This document shows, piece after piece, positions 26,891 to 39,259 of a DNA stretch of 64,000 bases. Within the stretch, counting starts at the first letter, position 1; each line of letters starts with the position of its first letter. The notes below the pieces were generated by a model. The model saw only the letters and a program-made list of their open reading frames with translations. It had not been told where the DNA came from and did not search any database. This DNA comes from Heptranchias perlo (Eukaryota): NCBI RefSeq assembly GCF_035084215.1, contig NW_027139442.1, positions 1,550,001 through 1,614,000 of the forward strand, in the 5' to 3' direction. The translations under genes and the position numbers were made by a program.

Positions 26891-27249
26891 GCAGGGGGAT
26901 GGGAACCTCAGCGGGGAGTCAGAAGGGAATAAAGAAGAGAGCAGCAAGAGAGGGGAAGACCCAGGGGAAATCTACAATACAAATAGTACAAACAGTTGTT
27001 CAAGAACAAGTGAAAGGCAAAAGCATACAGCAGCGGAAAGAAAGTGTACTTTAGGCACTTTAGGCACGACAGATAAAATGAAAACTAGAAGGCGTAAGGC
27101 GATTAACCCAGCATCAAAGCTGTGGCAGGGGTTTGGGAACCTGAGCAGGGAGACAGAGGAAAGCGTATCAGGAAGCGACAGAAGGTATGGAGTAAAAGCT
27201 AAAGTGTTAAAAAAGGAAAAAGCAGGAACTAAGTGTCACAAAACATATT

Positions 27250-30014
27250 TGAAAGTTTTTTATCTGAATGCACGTAGCATTCGTAACAAAATGGACGAGT
27301 TAAAGGCACGAATAACGACGTATGGGTATGATCTTGTGGCCATTACAGAAACATGGCTGCAGGGTGACAACGACTGGGAATTAAATATGCCAGGGTATTT
27401 AACAATTAGGAAGGACAGGCAGGAAGGAAGGGGAGGTGGGGTGGCTATGTTAATAAGGGAAGGAATCACTGTAATACAGAGAAAAGATATTGGGACAAAG
27501 GATCAGGATAATGAAACAGTTTGGGGAGAGATAAGGAATAATAAGGCGAAAAAAACACTCGTGGGCGCGATATATAGGCCTCCTAATAGTTGCAACTCTG
27601 CTGGAAGAAGGGCATGTAATAAGGGAACAGCTATAATTATGGGGGATTTTAACTATCATATTAACTGGACAAATCAATTTGGGCAGGGTAGCCTTGAGGA
27701 AGAGTTTATTGAGTGTGTTAGGGATGGATATGTTGAGCAGTATGTAACTGAACCTACAAGGGGGCAAGCAACCTTGGACCTGGTCCTGTGTAATGAGACA
27801 GGATTACTTAATAATGTCCTCGTTAAGGATCCCCTTGGAATGAGTGACCACAACATGGTTACATTCCATACGCAATTAGAGGTTGAGAATGTTGGTTCTC
27901 AAACAAGCGTACTGGGCTTGAATAAAGGAGACCATGATGGTATGAGAGCGGAATTGATTAAAGTGGACTGGGAAAATGGTTTAAAGGGTAAGACGGTACA
28001 TGAACAGTGGTGTTCATTTCAGGAGTTATTTTACAACTTTCAAAAAATATATATTCCACTGAGGAAAAAAGGGTGTAAAAGAAATGACAGCCATGCGTGG
28101 CTAAGTAAAGAAATTAAGGATAGTATCCGACTAAAAACAAGGACATATAAGGTAGCCAAACTAAGTGGAGGATAGAAGATTGGGAAGTCTTCAAAAGACA
28201 GCAAAAAGTAACGAAAGGATTGATTAAGAAAGGGAAGATAGATTATGAAAATAAATTAGCAAAAAATATAAAAACAGATAGCAAGAGTTTCTACACTGAT
28301 ATAAAAAGAAAAAGGGTGGCGAAGGCAAACAGAGGTCCTTTAGAGGATGAGACCGGGAAACATGGAGATGGCAAAAATGCTGAATACATATTTTGTTTCA
28401 GTCTTTACGGTAGAGGACACTAAGAATATCCCAACACTGGACAAACAGGGGGCTCTCGGGGGGGAGGAGCTAAATACGATTAAAATCACTAAGGAATTGG
28501 TACTCAGTAAATTAATGGGACTCAAGGCGGATAAATCCCCTGGACCTGATGGCTTACATCCAAGGGGCTTGAGGGAAGTGGCAGTAGGGATTGTGGATGC
28601 TTTGGTAATAATTTTACAAAATTCTCTGGACTCGGCAAAGGTCCCGGCAGATTGGAAAACTGCTAATGTAACACCCTTATTTAAAAAGGGTATTAGGTAG
28701 AAGGCTGGAAATTATAGACCAGTTAGCCTAACATCTGTGGTGGTTAAAATTTTGGAGTCCATTATTAAGGAGACAGTAGCGGAACATTTGGATAAACATA
28801 ATTTAATAGGACAAAGTCAGCATGGCTTTACGAAGGGGAAGTCACGTCTGACGAATATGCTTGAGTTCTTTGAGGATATAACGTACAGGGTGGATAAAGA
28901 GGAACCAGTGGACGGAGTGTATTTGGACTTCCAGAAGGCATTCGACAAGGTGCCACATAAAAGATTATTGCTCAAGATAAAGAATCACTGGATTGGGGGT
29001 AATATTCTGGCATGGGTGGAGGATAGGTTATGTAACAGGAAGCAGAGAGTTGGGATAAATGGTGCATTCTCGGACTGGCAACCTGTAGCCAGTGGTGTTC
29101 CGCAGGGGTAGGTGCTGGGTCCCCAACTCTTTACAATCGATATTAACGATTTGGAGGAGGGGGCCGAGTGTAACATATCAAAGTTTGCAGATGATACAAA
29201 GATGGGAGGGAAAGTAGAGTGTGAGGAGGACATAAAAAACCTACAAGTGGAGAGAGACAGGCTGGGTGAGATATGGCAGATGCAATACAATATTGGAAAA
29301 TGTGAGGTTATGCACTTTGGCAGGAAAAATCGGAGAGCAAGTTATTATCTTAATGGCGAGAAATTGGAAAGTACTGAAGTACAAAGGGATTTGCCGGTCC
29401 CAGTGCAAGAACATCAAAAAGTTAGTCTGCAGGTACAGCAGGTGATCAAGAAGGCCAACGGAATGTTGGCTTTTCTTGTTAGGGGGATAGAATATAAAAA
29501 CAGGGAGGTATTGCTGCAGTTATATAAGGTATTGGTGAGACCGCACCTGGAATACTGCATACATTTTTGGTCTCCATACTGAAGAAAAGACAAACTTGCT
29601 CTCGAGGCAGTACAAAGAAGGTTCACTCGGTTAATCCCGGGGATGAGGGGGCGGACATATGGGGAAAGGTTGAGTAGATTGGGACTCTACTCATTGGAGT
29701 TCAGAAGAATGAGGGGCGATCTTATTGAATCATATAAGATTGTGAAGGGGCTTGAACGGGTGGATGCGGTAAGGATGTTCCCAAGGATGGGTGAAACTAG
29801 AACTAGGGGGCATAATCTTAGAATAAGGGGCTGCTCTTTCAAAACTGAGATGAGGAGAAACTTCTTCACTCAGAGGGTAGTAGGTCTGTGGAATTTGCTG
29901 CCCCAGGAAGCTGTGGAAGCTACATCATTAAATAAATTTAAAACAGAAATGGACAGTTTCCTCGAAGAAAAGGGAATTAGGGGTAACGGGGAGCGGGCAG
30001 GAAATTGGACATGA
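27250..30014 (+). pseudogene. CR1 ORF2 (APE endonuclease + reverse transcriptase) with stops and frameshifts
   Basis: YLNARSI, AITETWL, GGGVA, YRPP, MGDFN, SDHNMV; KSPGPDG, DFQKAFDKVPH, SGVPQG*, KFADDTK; stops at 28173, 28698, 29109, 29580. Confidence 0.92.
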
Positions 30015-30424
30015 ATTTAGATTTGAGGTTAGGATCAGATCAGATCAGCCATGATCTTATTGAATGGCGGAGCAGGCTCGAGGGGCCGATTGGCCGACTC
30101 CTGCTCCTATTTCTTATGTTCTTATGTTCTTAAAGGGTAGTGGAAATCTGGAACTCTCTTCACTCCAAAAAGCTGTTGAGGCTGTGGGTCAATTGTAAAT
30201 TTGAAAATTGAGATTGATAGATTTTTGTTCGGCCAAAGTATTAAGGATTATTATACCAAGGAGGTTAGATAGAGTTAAGATGTAAATCAGCCATGATCTA
30301 ATTGAATGGCGGAACCGGCTCGTGGGGCTGAATGGCCAACTCCTGTTCCGATGTTCCGAAATGCAGCCATCCGCAATAAGATTGTGGATGGCAAGAGCCT
30401 TGCTCACAAGTGAACGGACATCTG

Positions 30425-31705
30425 GAAGGAGATGCGGTGAGAGGAGGTGACTGGTCAGTGAGTGTCTGCAAATGAAGCAGAAATGATAACCGGTCAGGGA
30501 GTGTCTGCAAATGAAGTAGAAATGTGACAGGTCAGGGAGTGTCTGTAAATAAAGTAGAATGGGGACGGTCAGGGAGCGTCTGTCAATGAAGGAAAAATGG
30601 TGATTGGTTAGGACGTGTCTCTGAATGAAGTAGAAATGGGGACGTTCAGGGAGCGTCTGTCAATGAAGGAGAAATTGTGACTGGTCATGGAGTGTCCGTA
30701 AATGAAGGATAAATGGTGACTGGTCATGGAGTGTCTGTAAATGAAGGAGAACTGGTGACAGGTCAGGGAGTGTCTATAAATGAAGGAGGAATGGGGACGG
30801 CCAGGGAGTGTCTTTAAATGAAGGAAAAATGCTGACTAGTTAGGGAGTGTCTGTAAATGAAGGAAAAATGGTGACTGGACAGGGATTGTCTCTAAATGAA
30901 CGATAAATGTTGCCGGGTGAGGAAGTGTCGACATGTGAATGAGAAACGGTGAAGGGTTAGGGAGTGTCGATAAATGAAAGAGAAATGGGGATGGGTCAGT
31001 GAATGTCTGTACATGAAGAAGAAATGGTGATCAGTCAGGGAGTGTCTGCAAATGAAGGAAAAATTGTCTGATTATGGAGTGTCTGTAAATGATGGAAAAA
31101 TAGTGTCTGGTTAGGGAGTGTCTATAAATGAAATCGAAATGGTGACAGGTCAGGGCGTGTCTATAAATGAAGGAGGAATGGTGACGGGTCAGGGCGTGTT
31201 TACAAATGCAGGTGAAATGGCATCTGTTAAGGGAGTATCTATAAATGGGAGAGGACATGGTGACAGGTCAGGGAGTGTCTGTAAATGAAGGAGAAACGGT
31301 GACGGGATAGGGAGTATCTATAAATGACGGAGAAATGGTGACAGTTCAGGCAGAGTCTGTAAATGATGGAGAAATGGTGACTTGTCAGGCAGCGTTTGTA
31401 AATGACGGAGAAATAGTAACTGGTCAAGGAGTGTCTGTCAATGAAGGAGGAACGGTGATTGGTCCGTGAGTGTCTGTGAATGCAGGAGAAATGTTGACAG
31501 GTCAGGTAATGTCTACAAATGAAGAAGAAATAGTGATTGGTTAGGGAGCGTCTATTAATGAAGGAAAATGCTGACTGGTGAGAAAGAGTTTGTAAATGAA
31601 GGAGAAATGGCGAAGGTTCAGGGAGCGTCTATAAATGAAGGAGAAGTGGTGTTTGGTCAGGGAGTGTCTGTAAATGAAGGAGAAATATTGACTGGTCAGG
31701 GAGAT
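30425..31705. repeat. Minisatellite, 39-bp unit
   Basis: ggtcagggagtgtctgtaaatgaaggagaaatggtgact repeated ~32 times, diverged. Confidence 0.92.
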
Positions 31706-31829
31706 TCCGTCGCCAAATTTGGGAGATATTACATATGGACTGCTTACAGGCAGCTATAGGGAGGGACATAGTGTCGAAATGAGGGGCAGACCAGATACAC
31801 ACAGCAAGAGTGAGCATCTTCAGGAGAGG

Positions 31830-32070
31830 AGAGGGGAACCAGTGAGTGTCGAACTGAATCCAACCAGAGTCACCACCTTCAGGGGAGGAGAGGGAGGGGA
31901 ACCAGTGAGTTTAGAACTGAATCCAGCCAGAGTCAGCACCTTCAGGGGAAGAGAGGGTGGGGGAGCAGTGAGTGTAGAACTGAACCTAGCCAGAGCAAGC
32001 ACCTTCAGTGGAGGAGAGGGAATGGAACCAGTGAGTGTAGAACTGAAACCAGTCCGAGTCGGGATCTTCA
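31830..32070. repeat. Tandem repeat, ~63-bp unit
   Basis: gaaccagtgagtgtagaactgaatccagccagagtcagcaccttcaggggaggagaggg repeated ~4 times. Confidence 0.8.
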
Positions 32071-32628
32071 AGATAGAAAAATTAAATAGAAGGAAAATTG
32101 TTGCAAGTTGTGCGATGGGTTTGCGCTTTAGCAGTCAGAGGAGGGTGAGTGTGCGGGACGGGGATTTACAGTCAGGGGGAATGAGCGAGTAGAATGTTTC
32201 ATAGAAACTAGAATTACCTGTTCTGAATTTCTATTCCGTATTCACAGTGAGGACTTTTGTTATCTCCTTTTACAGGGTATTAGAAGGGGAGGATTTGCAG
32301 ACGAGAAACGCAAACCAAACATCACGTCAAGATCTGACTCTATTCACCAGCACCTGAAGATCATCGGCCTTAAAATACAGGAGACATGTTGATCTGTTCC
32401 ATCTGTGGGAAAAGATTTCAAACATCACTGTGGCTGGAATAGCAGCGAGACACACACACCCGAGTGAGAGTGTTCCAGTGCACTGACTGTGGAAAGAATT
32501 TTAACCAGTTACACAGCCTGAAAAAACATCGTACCATTCACAGTGGGGAGAAACCAGACAAATGTTCTCTGTGCAGACGAGACTTGTACTGATCGTCCAA
32601 CCTGGAGAGACACGAGGACGTCTGCACC

Positions 32629-33723
32629 ATGGAGAAACCGTGGAAATGTGGGGACTGTGGGAGGGGATTCAGTTACTCGTCCCGGCTGGAAACTCATCGA
32701 CACAGACACACCGGGGAGAGGCCGTTCACCTGCTCCGTTTGTGGGAAGGGATTCACTCAGTCACCCCACCTCATTGAACATCAACTTGTTCACACTGATA
32801 AGAGACTTTTAAAATGTTCTGTCTGTGAGAAGAACTTCAAAAGAAAAAGTGATCTGCTGACACACCAACGCATTCACAGTGGGGAGAGGCCGTTCACCTG
32901 CTCCGTGTGTGGGAAGGGATTCATTCAGTCATCCAACCTGCTGACACACCAGCGAATTCACACTGGGGAGAGGCCGTTCACCTGCTCCATGTGTGGGAAG
33001 GGATTCACTCAGTCATCCCACCTTATTGAACATCAACTTGTTCACACTGATAAGAGACTTTTTAAATGTTCTGTCTGTGAGAAGAACTTCAAAAGAAAAA
33101 GTGATCTGCTGAAACACCAACGTACTCACACTGGGGAGAGGCCGTTCATCTGCTCCGTGTGTGGGAAGGGATTTACTCGGTCATCCAGCCTACTGACACA
33201 CCAGCGAGTCCACACTGGGGAGATGCCGTTCACCTGCTCTGTGTTTGGGAAGCGATTCACTCGATCATCCCACCTCCTGAGACATCAGCAAGTTCACATC
33301 GGGGAGAGGCCATTCACCTGCTCCTTGTGCGGGAAGGGATTCGCTCAGTCATCCACCCTGCTGACACACCAGCGAGTTCACACTGGGGAGAGGCCGTTCA
33401 CCTGCTCCGTGTGTGGGAAGAGCTTCACTCAGTCATCCACCCTGCTAACACACCAACGAGTTCACAGTGGGGAGAGGCCATTCACCTGCTCTGTGTGTGG
33501 GAAGGAATTCACTTGTTCATCCGGCCTGATTGAACACCAACTTGTTCACACTGATAAGAGACCCTTTAAATGTTCTAACTGTGAGAAGAGCTTTAAAAGA
33601 ACATGGGATCTGATGAGACATGAACGTATTCACACCGGGGAGAGGACGATCACCTGTTCCGTGTGTGGAATGCGATTCACTCAGTCATCATACCTGCTGA
33701 GTCACCAGCGAGTTCACATGTGA
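32629..33723 (+). CDS. C2H2 zinc-finger protein, 13 tandem fingers (finger 8 has C->F); no KRAB/BTB domain visible
   Basis: 364-aa ORF with CxxC...HxxxH and TGERP/TDKR linkers; acceptor 'tatctccttttacag|g' at 32275; AATAAA at 33857. Confidence 0.88.
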   Translation: MEKPWKCGDCGRGFSYSSRLETHRHRHTGERPFTCSVCGKGFTQSPHLIEHQLVHTDKRLLKCSVCEKNFKRKSDLLTHQRIHSGERPFTCSVCGKGFIQSSNLLTHQRIHTGERPFTCSMCGKGFTQSSHLIEHQLVHTDKRLFKCSVCEKNFKRKSDLLKHQRTHTGERPFICSVCGKGFTRSSSLLTHQRVHTGEMPFTCSVFGKRFTRSSHLLRHQQVHIGERPFTCSLCGKGFAQSSTLLTHQRVHTGERPFTCSVCGKSFTQSSTLLTHQRVHSGERPFTCSVCGKEFTCSSGLIEHQLVHTDKRPFKCSNCEKSFKRTWDLMRHERIHTGERTITCSVCGMRFTQSSYLLSHQRVHM

Positions 33724-34059
33724 CTGCAGGGATTGGATTCTGCTGTTATTGCTGTATCCAGGACTAAACCATGTTCATTCTGACAGTTGGAGTTTGTTTC
33801 TGATGTTAATGACCCCCTTTTACTGGGCTGGAGTTTAGTATTCTGTACCACTGTCAAATAAATCAGCTTTCTTTTAAACACAGTGTTTTTGACCTTCATA
33901 TCTCGTTGATAAAAGAAACAGTTTGAGGACTTATGACGACGTGAGTGCAATACGTCTTAGAACTGAGCTCCTCCACCTTTTTAAAAGATGGATCTACAAG
34001 ATGTCCAAGTCTGACAGGACATAAAATTCTATTATATCACAGGGTCCACTTCAATCAGC

Positions 34060-35370
34060 CTGAGCAGGTTTCCACTCTCCTTGTGTGAAAAAGAGCTTCC
34101 TGATTTCAATCCTAGACGCCCTAGCTCTAAATTTAAGGCTATGCCCTCTTGTTCTGGATTCCCCCACCAGAGAAAATAGTTTCTTTTTCTACCCTATCGA
34201 ATCCCTTTATTATTTTATATCCCTGGATCAGATCACTCCTCATACATCTAAACTCAAGGGAATGCAAAACCAAGTTTATGCAACCGGTCCTCATAATTGA
34301 ACACTTCAAGCCCCAGTATCATTCTGGTGAATCTGCACTGTCCTCCCTCCAAGGCCAATATATCCTTGGTGAGGATCAGTACACCAGATGGGCTCTGACC
34401 AAGGCTCTGTAGAACTGAAGCATCACTTCCTTCCCTTTGTATTCCAACACTGGAGATAAATGCCATTTGTCTGTGGTTGCTTTTTGCATCTGTGCACTAG
34501 CCTTTAGTGATTTTTGTCCATGGACACCCAAATCCCTTTGCTCCTTTACCATTCCCAGTCTCTCACTTTCAGAAAATACTCCAATGTTTCCTTTTTGCTT
34601 CCATATTGAATGATCTCACACTTCCCCACATTGAACTCCATCTGCCACAGTTTGTCCATTCGCTTAAACTTTCCCTTTGTAACTTCCTGCTTCCATCTAC
34701 ACAACTTACTGCACTTCATAACTAAGTGTCATCTGGAAACTTGGACCTATTACTCTCTATTGATTCATCCAAGTTATTGATAAATATGGTGGAAAGCTGA
34801 GGCCCCAGTACAGATCCCTGGGGACACCACCAGTCATATCCCGCCAATGAAAGAACATTCCCTTTCTCCTGACTCTTTTCTCCGACCTCCCAACCAATTC
34901 CAACCCAAGTCACAAGGTCACTTTCAATTTTGTGCCTTTTATTTATTCTATTCATCTCTTGTGCTGAACCTTTTCAAATGCTTTCTGTAAGTCCATATAG
35001 AAAACCTTCATAGACACTCCTCTGTCCACCTTGTTAGATTCCTCAACAAATCCAACTAAATTAGACAGACATGACCTGCCCTTCACGAATCCAAATTGAC
35101 TCTCTTTGACCAGCTCATTTTGTCTCTCATGATAGGTTTAAGTAAGTTCCCCACAACCGACGTTAAAATGACAAGTCTGTATTGTCCTGGTTTCTCCCTC
35201 CCTCCTTTCTTAAATAAACGGAGTGACATGTTCAACATTCATATCCAAAGGCACAATTCCTGAGTCTGGAGAGCTTTGGGAAATTATGATGAATGCATCT
35301 GCAATTTCCCCACCTGTTTCCTTTAAAACTCTGGGGTGGAAACCGTCAGGTCCTGGAGATTTCATTCTTA
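34060..35370 (-). mobile_element. Degenerate CR1 LINE ORF2
   Basis: Reverse-strand motifs [31 protein letters not shown]...SKFPDDT. Confidence 0.8.
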
Positions 35371-35391
35371 GTTTGCAGTTATTTATTTATC

Positions 35392-35645
35392 TGACTGTGT
35401 ATAACAGGACTGAATGTCCCAGCACTGAGTGTGTGTATAACAGGACTGAATGTCCCAGCACTGACTGTGTCTATAACAGGACTGAATGTCCCAGCACTGA
35501 CTGTGTCCATAACAGGACTGAGTGTCTTAGCACTGACTCTGTATATAACAGGACTGAGTGTCTTAACACTGACTCTTTATATAACAGGACTGAGTGTCCA
35601 AGCACTGACTGTGTGTTATACAGGACTGAGAGTCCGAGCACTGAG
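35392..35645. repeat. Minisatellite, 36-bp unit
   Basis: tataacaggactgaatgtcccagcactgactgtgtg repeated ~7 times. Confidence 0.9.
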
Positions 35646-35659
35646 GGTGGCGAGACATG

Positions 35660-35865
35660 CGGTTGTCGGTGGAGATTAAATCGGTTGCAGGGGATTACAG
35701 AGATCGGGTGGGGGTGAGGGCCATGGAGGGATTTGAACACGAGGATTGTAGGGCTGGAAGAGGTTGCAGAGATAGGGAGGGGGTGAGGGCCATAGAGGGA
35801 TTTGAAGACGAGAATGAGAATTTTAAAATCGAGGCATTGCCACACCGGGAGCCAATGTAATAGAA
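35660..35865 (-). mobile_element. L2 LINE fragment (with internal duplication)
   Basis: LHWLPV...DFKILILVFKSL.G motif typical of the L2 ORF2 C-terminus. Confidence 0.7.
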
Positions 35866-35929
35866 CACGAACAGAGCAAGACACACACAGAGGTCTCACA
35901 ACAGAGCATGGACGGTCTCAAGGACCACC

Positions 35930-36545
35930 TCCCTCCAGGGGTCACGATACCTCCATCGCGGGTTCGTGGTCACACCATCCCGGGGTTGCGGTCCCTCCGT
36001 CCCTGGGGTCGTGGTCCCCCCGTCCCTGGGGTCACGGTCCCTCCATCCCGGGTTCACGGCCCCTCCCTCCCGGTGTCGCGGTCCCTCCGTCCGCGGGGTC
36101 ACAGTCCCCCCATCCCTGGGGTCGCAGTTCCTCCATCCCGGGGTCGACGCCCCGCTGTCCCAGGATCGCGGTCCCACCATCCCGGGGTCGCGGTCCCTCC
36201 ATCCCCGGGTCTCAGTCCCACCGTTCCAGGGTCTCGGTCCCTCCATCCCGGGGTCTCGGTCCCACCGTCCCGGGTTCGCGGTCCCTCCATCCCGGGGTCT
36301 CGGTCCCACCGTCCCGGGGTCGCGGTCCCTCCGTCCCGGGGTCTCAGTCCCACCGTTCCAGTGTCTCGGTCCCTGCATCCCGGGGTCTCGGTCCCACCAT
36401 CCCGGGGTCGCGGTCCCTCCGTCCCGGGGTCTCAATCCCACCGTTCCAGGGTCTCGGTCCCTCCATCCCGGGGTCTCGGTCCCTCCATCACGGGGTCTCG
36501 GTCCCACCGTCCCGGGGTCTCGGTCCCTCCGTCCCGAGGTTTGCG
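35930..36545. repeat. GC/CpG-rich minisatellite, ~22-bp unit
   Basis: ccatcccggggtctcggtccct repeats. Confidence 0.92.
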
Positions 36546-36549
36546 ACCC

Positions 36550-36935
36550 CATGAACGCCAATCGTGCCTGAAGTCGGAGGAGCTGTTGACCGGACCGGCC
36601 TCACTGCGCCATTCCAAGGCTCCGGAGCCCAGGCCATTTCCAGATGCGGACCCTCCCTCTGTCGGTCTCGACCCCACCCACAGCAGCGGCCCTCCGACCG
36701 CCGACCCGAGGCCGCCATCATAATCCTCCCGGGACGCGCCTGTTGCTAAAGCAACGCGGCACAGGGACCGCGCGGCGTCCCTCGGGCGGAGATGCATGTA
36801 CGCATCGCGATGTCAGCGCGCAAAGGTGAGAGACGGTACCGCGTGTCACGTGATAGGAGGAGTCAGCCCAGGACGCAGGCGGGCGGAGGTGAGGGCTGTC
36901 ATTCAAAGGGCCCGGAGTCAGCACTCACTGCGCAC
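36550..36935. promoter_or_regulatory. CpG island with palindromic RFX X-box and E-box
   Basis: GTTGCTAAAGCAAC 36742-36755; TCACGTGA 36846-36853; minus-strand ATGGCGGC 36711-36718. Confidence 0.55.
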
Positions 36936-37414
36936 AGGGTTTGGAGAATTTGTTCAAAAAAAAGAAATAGAAATGTACAAAAAAGTGGATAATGTCCAAA
37001 CTCACATAAGGCTAATGGTCTGGGTCCTCCTGTCACTCTCAATCTTCTCTACCTGGGGCACAGAATGAGCAGAATGCTTGAATATATATTTTTTAATGCA
37101 GAGGGGGCTGGATGTATGGAATGGACCAGCAAGGGAGGCAGTGGGGCCTGATTGTATCAGCAAATTCCACAGAGTTGGGAAAGTACCTGATAGCGCTACC
37201 TTGGGATATGACAGCCTAGAAATTGGGATCTTTCATTCATTTTTTACACTTGTGCACTTATTTTTATTGATTGGTGTACCTGGACACGCAAACCCCTCTG
37301 CTCCTCCACAGTCCCTCGTTTCTCACCCTTAAGAAAATACTCCCTATTTCAAACCTGATGCCTGCAATAAATGATATTTGTATAACTTCCAACATCTTTA
37401 CGATAAGAACTGGA

Positions 37415-37930
37415 ACTTTTTTTTTAATATTTCAAAAAATACTTTATCTCATAAAATTCATGAATAGACACAGTGCAATGTAAATATTACAATTACAATT
37501 CAAAACAAATACAATACACATCATACGATTCCATTATTACAAGTCAAAACACATTAAATTTCTTCTAACACATGCTGTACAATACAAGGTGGGATAGCCT
37601 TACACGGTTGCCTTTCCCCATAAAGCCTTTGTGTAGGCCGCACCTCGCTTCAGTGTGCACCTCAGCATGAAATACTGGACCTTGGATTGTGCCAGTGGCC
37701 AACACTTGGCCGCGGAGAGTTCCCTCGGCTGGTAGACCTGCAGGTTTCGGGGGAACAAAAGGCCTCCTTGACCGAATTGATGGTCTTCCAGCAGCTGTTG
37801 ATATCTGTCTCGTTGTGCATCTTGGACAACTGCCCATAGAGGACAGCGACCTGTGTTACCGAGCTGTTGGGGATAAACTCCTCTTCGACACCACGGTATA
37901 GGGATTCAGTCTCCGTGGAGGGGGTTTTCA
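37415..37930 (-). mobile_element. Tx1-like non-LTR retrotransposon 3' end
   Basis: Reverse strand H.ETDINSCWKTINSVKEA...SKVQY..LR..LK.GAAY.KALWGKATV*, then AT-rich UTR and A-run. Confidence 0.65.
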
Positions 37931-39259
37931 GCTTTTACCTGAATACACGGATCCATTCGCCCACATTCATGTTAGTGTTTGGCAAACACTGTCTGATGTC
38001 TTTCACACACCTGTCGAACCTTGCGGTCAGAGACGTAGTGGGTAATTTCACCTTCACATCTTGGGCGGTAAACTGACGGAGCAAAAATTAAAATCGGGCC
38101 GGTTCTGCAAGGGGCGGGTGAATCGCTCTACCAGTTCAGTTCCCAGTGATGGTGAAAATTTCCCTCCACCTGTTATGAACCGATGCAATTTGAGAAAATG
38201 GACCAGCTTGTGGGCTTCGAAGATTGATTCTAGCGCGTAGGTTAGGAAAGGTGTGGCCGATTTTAAGTATCCTCGCCTGGCGGAAATGGGGTGGTCGAGG
38301 CTTGTAAATGATATCAGGTTACTTACCGCCCCTTTAACACTGGCGTTCCTGCCTCCACCATCGTTGGGTCATGTCCTGGGAAGAGCGGCCCGAGCAACAC
38401 CCACCTGTTTCCGGTCAGGCCACGTGTAATATGTAAATCAGATTATTATGACGTACAGGGGAAACCATTTAATGTTGGTTCAAAATGGGTGGAGGAGCCG
38501 CCCTTTCGATGGGCATTGAGTGGTCCAGAACACTGAGAAGTTTCTTTTTAACAGATATTTTGTGGGCCAAGGAGGAGCAGGAGAGCTTTCCCTTGGCCTG
38601 CTCGAGCCGTGTGAAATCTCCCGCCCCCTGATCGTCTCAGAAATGTATCAGGAGGTTTCCTTATAGATCTCTGTAACCAGGTCCAGCCTCATGTCCCATT
38701 AAACTCCCTGTTGTGAGTAAACATTGCTGCACAACAGCTCAGAGAGGAAACGATCTCCGGAACTCCCCACTGGAGTTAGAAATTACATTAATATTTTACC
38801 AGTTAGTAACGGTCCGGGTGTTGGTCCGTTATTATTCTGTTCTGGTCAAAACAAATGTCCCAATAAACAGGACGCTGTCTGACCCTGACAGCTCACCCTC
38901 AGTCCATCCCACCGGGCAGTGTGTGTGATGGGAAATAATCATCAACCGAAAAGGAGTATTTGATTTTATTCATTACAGGATTAAACATTTAATATTGAAA
39001 TCATATTATTTCCCGACTAAGAACAGCAAACCATTTCATGTTAGAATCAAATCTTGTATTATTTCTCAAAAAGCATTTGTTGGATAAAATATAATTCCTG
39101 TCTGGTATTTCCAAATTTATTTGAAGTATTGGATTGATATCAGTTACTTCAGTGAACTCATTGGTGTCAATGGATCGTAAAATCAGGCGTAGTGAACAAT
39201 GGGGTCCCAATCCGCTATCGCCGACTTACTCCACCGCCAAAGCGGAAAATCCACTCTCA

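Larger units (their letters stand above)
25741..30131 (+). mobile_element. Full-length, inactivated CR1-clade LINE
   Basis: 5' UTR, ORF1, APE-RT ORF2, 3' hairpin GGAGCAGG...CCTGCTCC and (TTCTTATG)n tail. Confidence 0.93.

Noticed and set aside
35802-36723. Several 200-270-aa Pro/Arg/Gly-rich ORFs
   Set aside because: Translation of a GC-rich 22-bp minisatellite
38060-38790. Possible non-autonomous DNA transposon-like repeat
   Set aside because: Could not define terminal inverted repeats or a TSD
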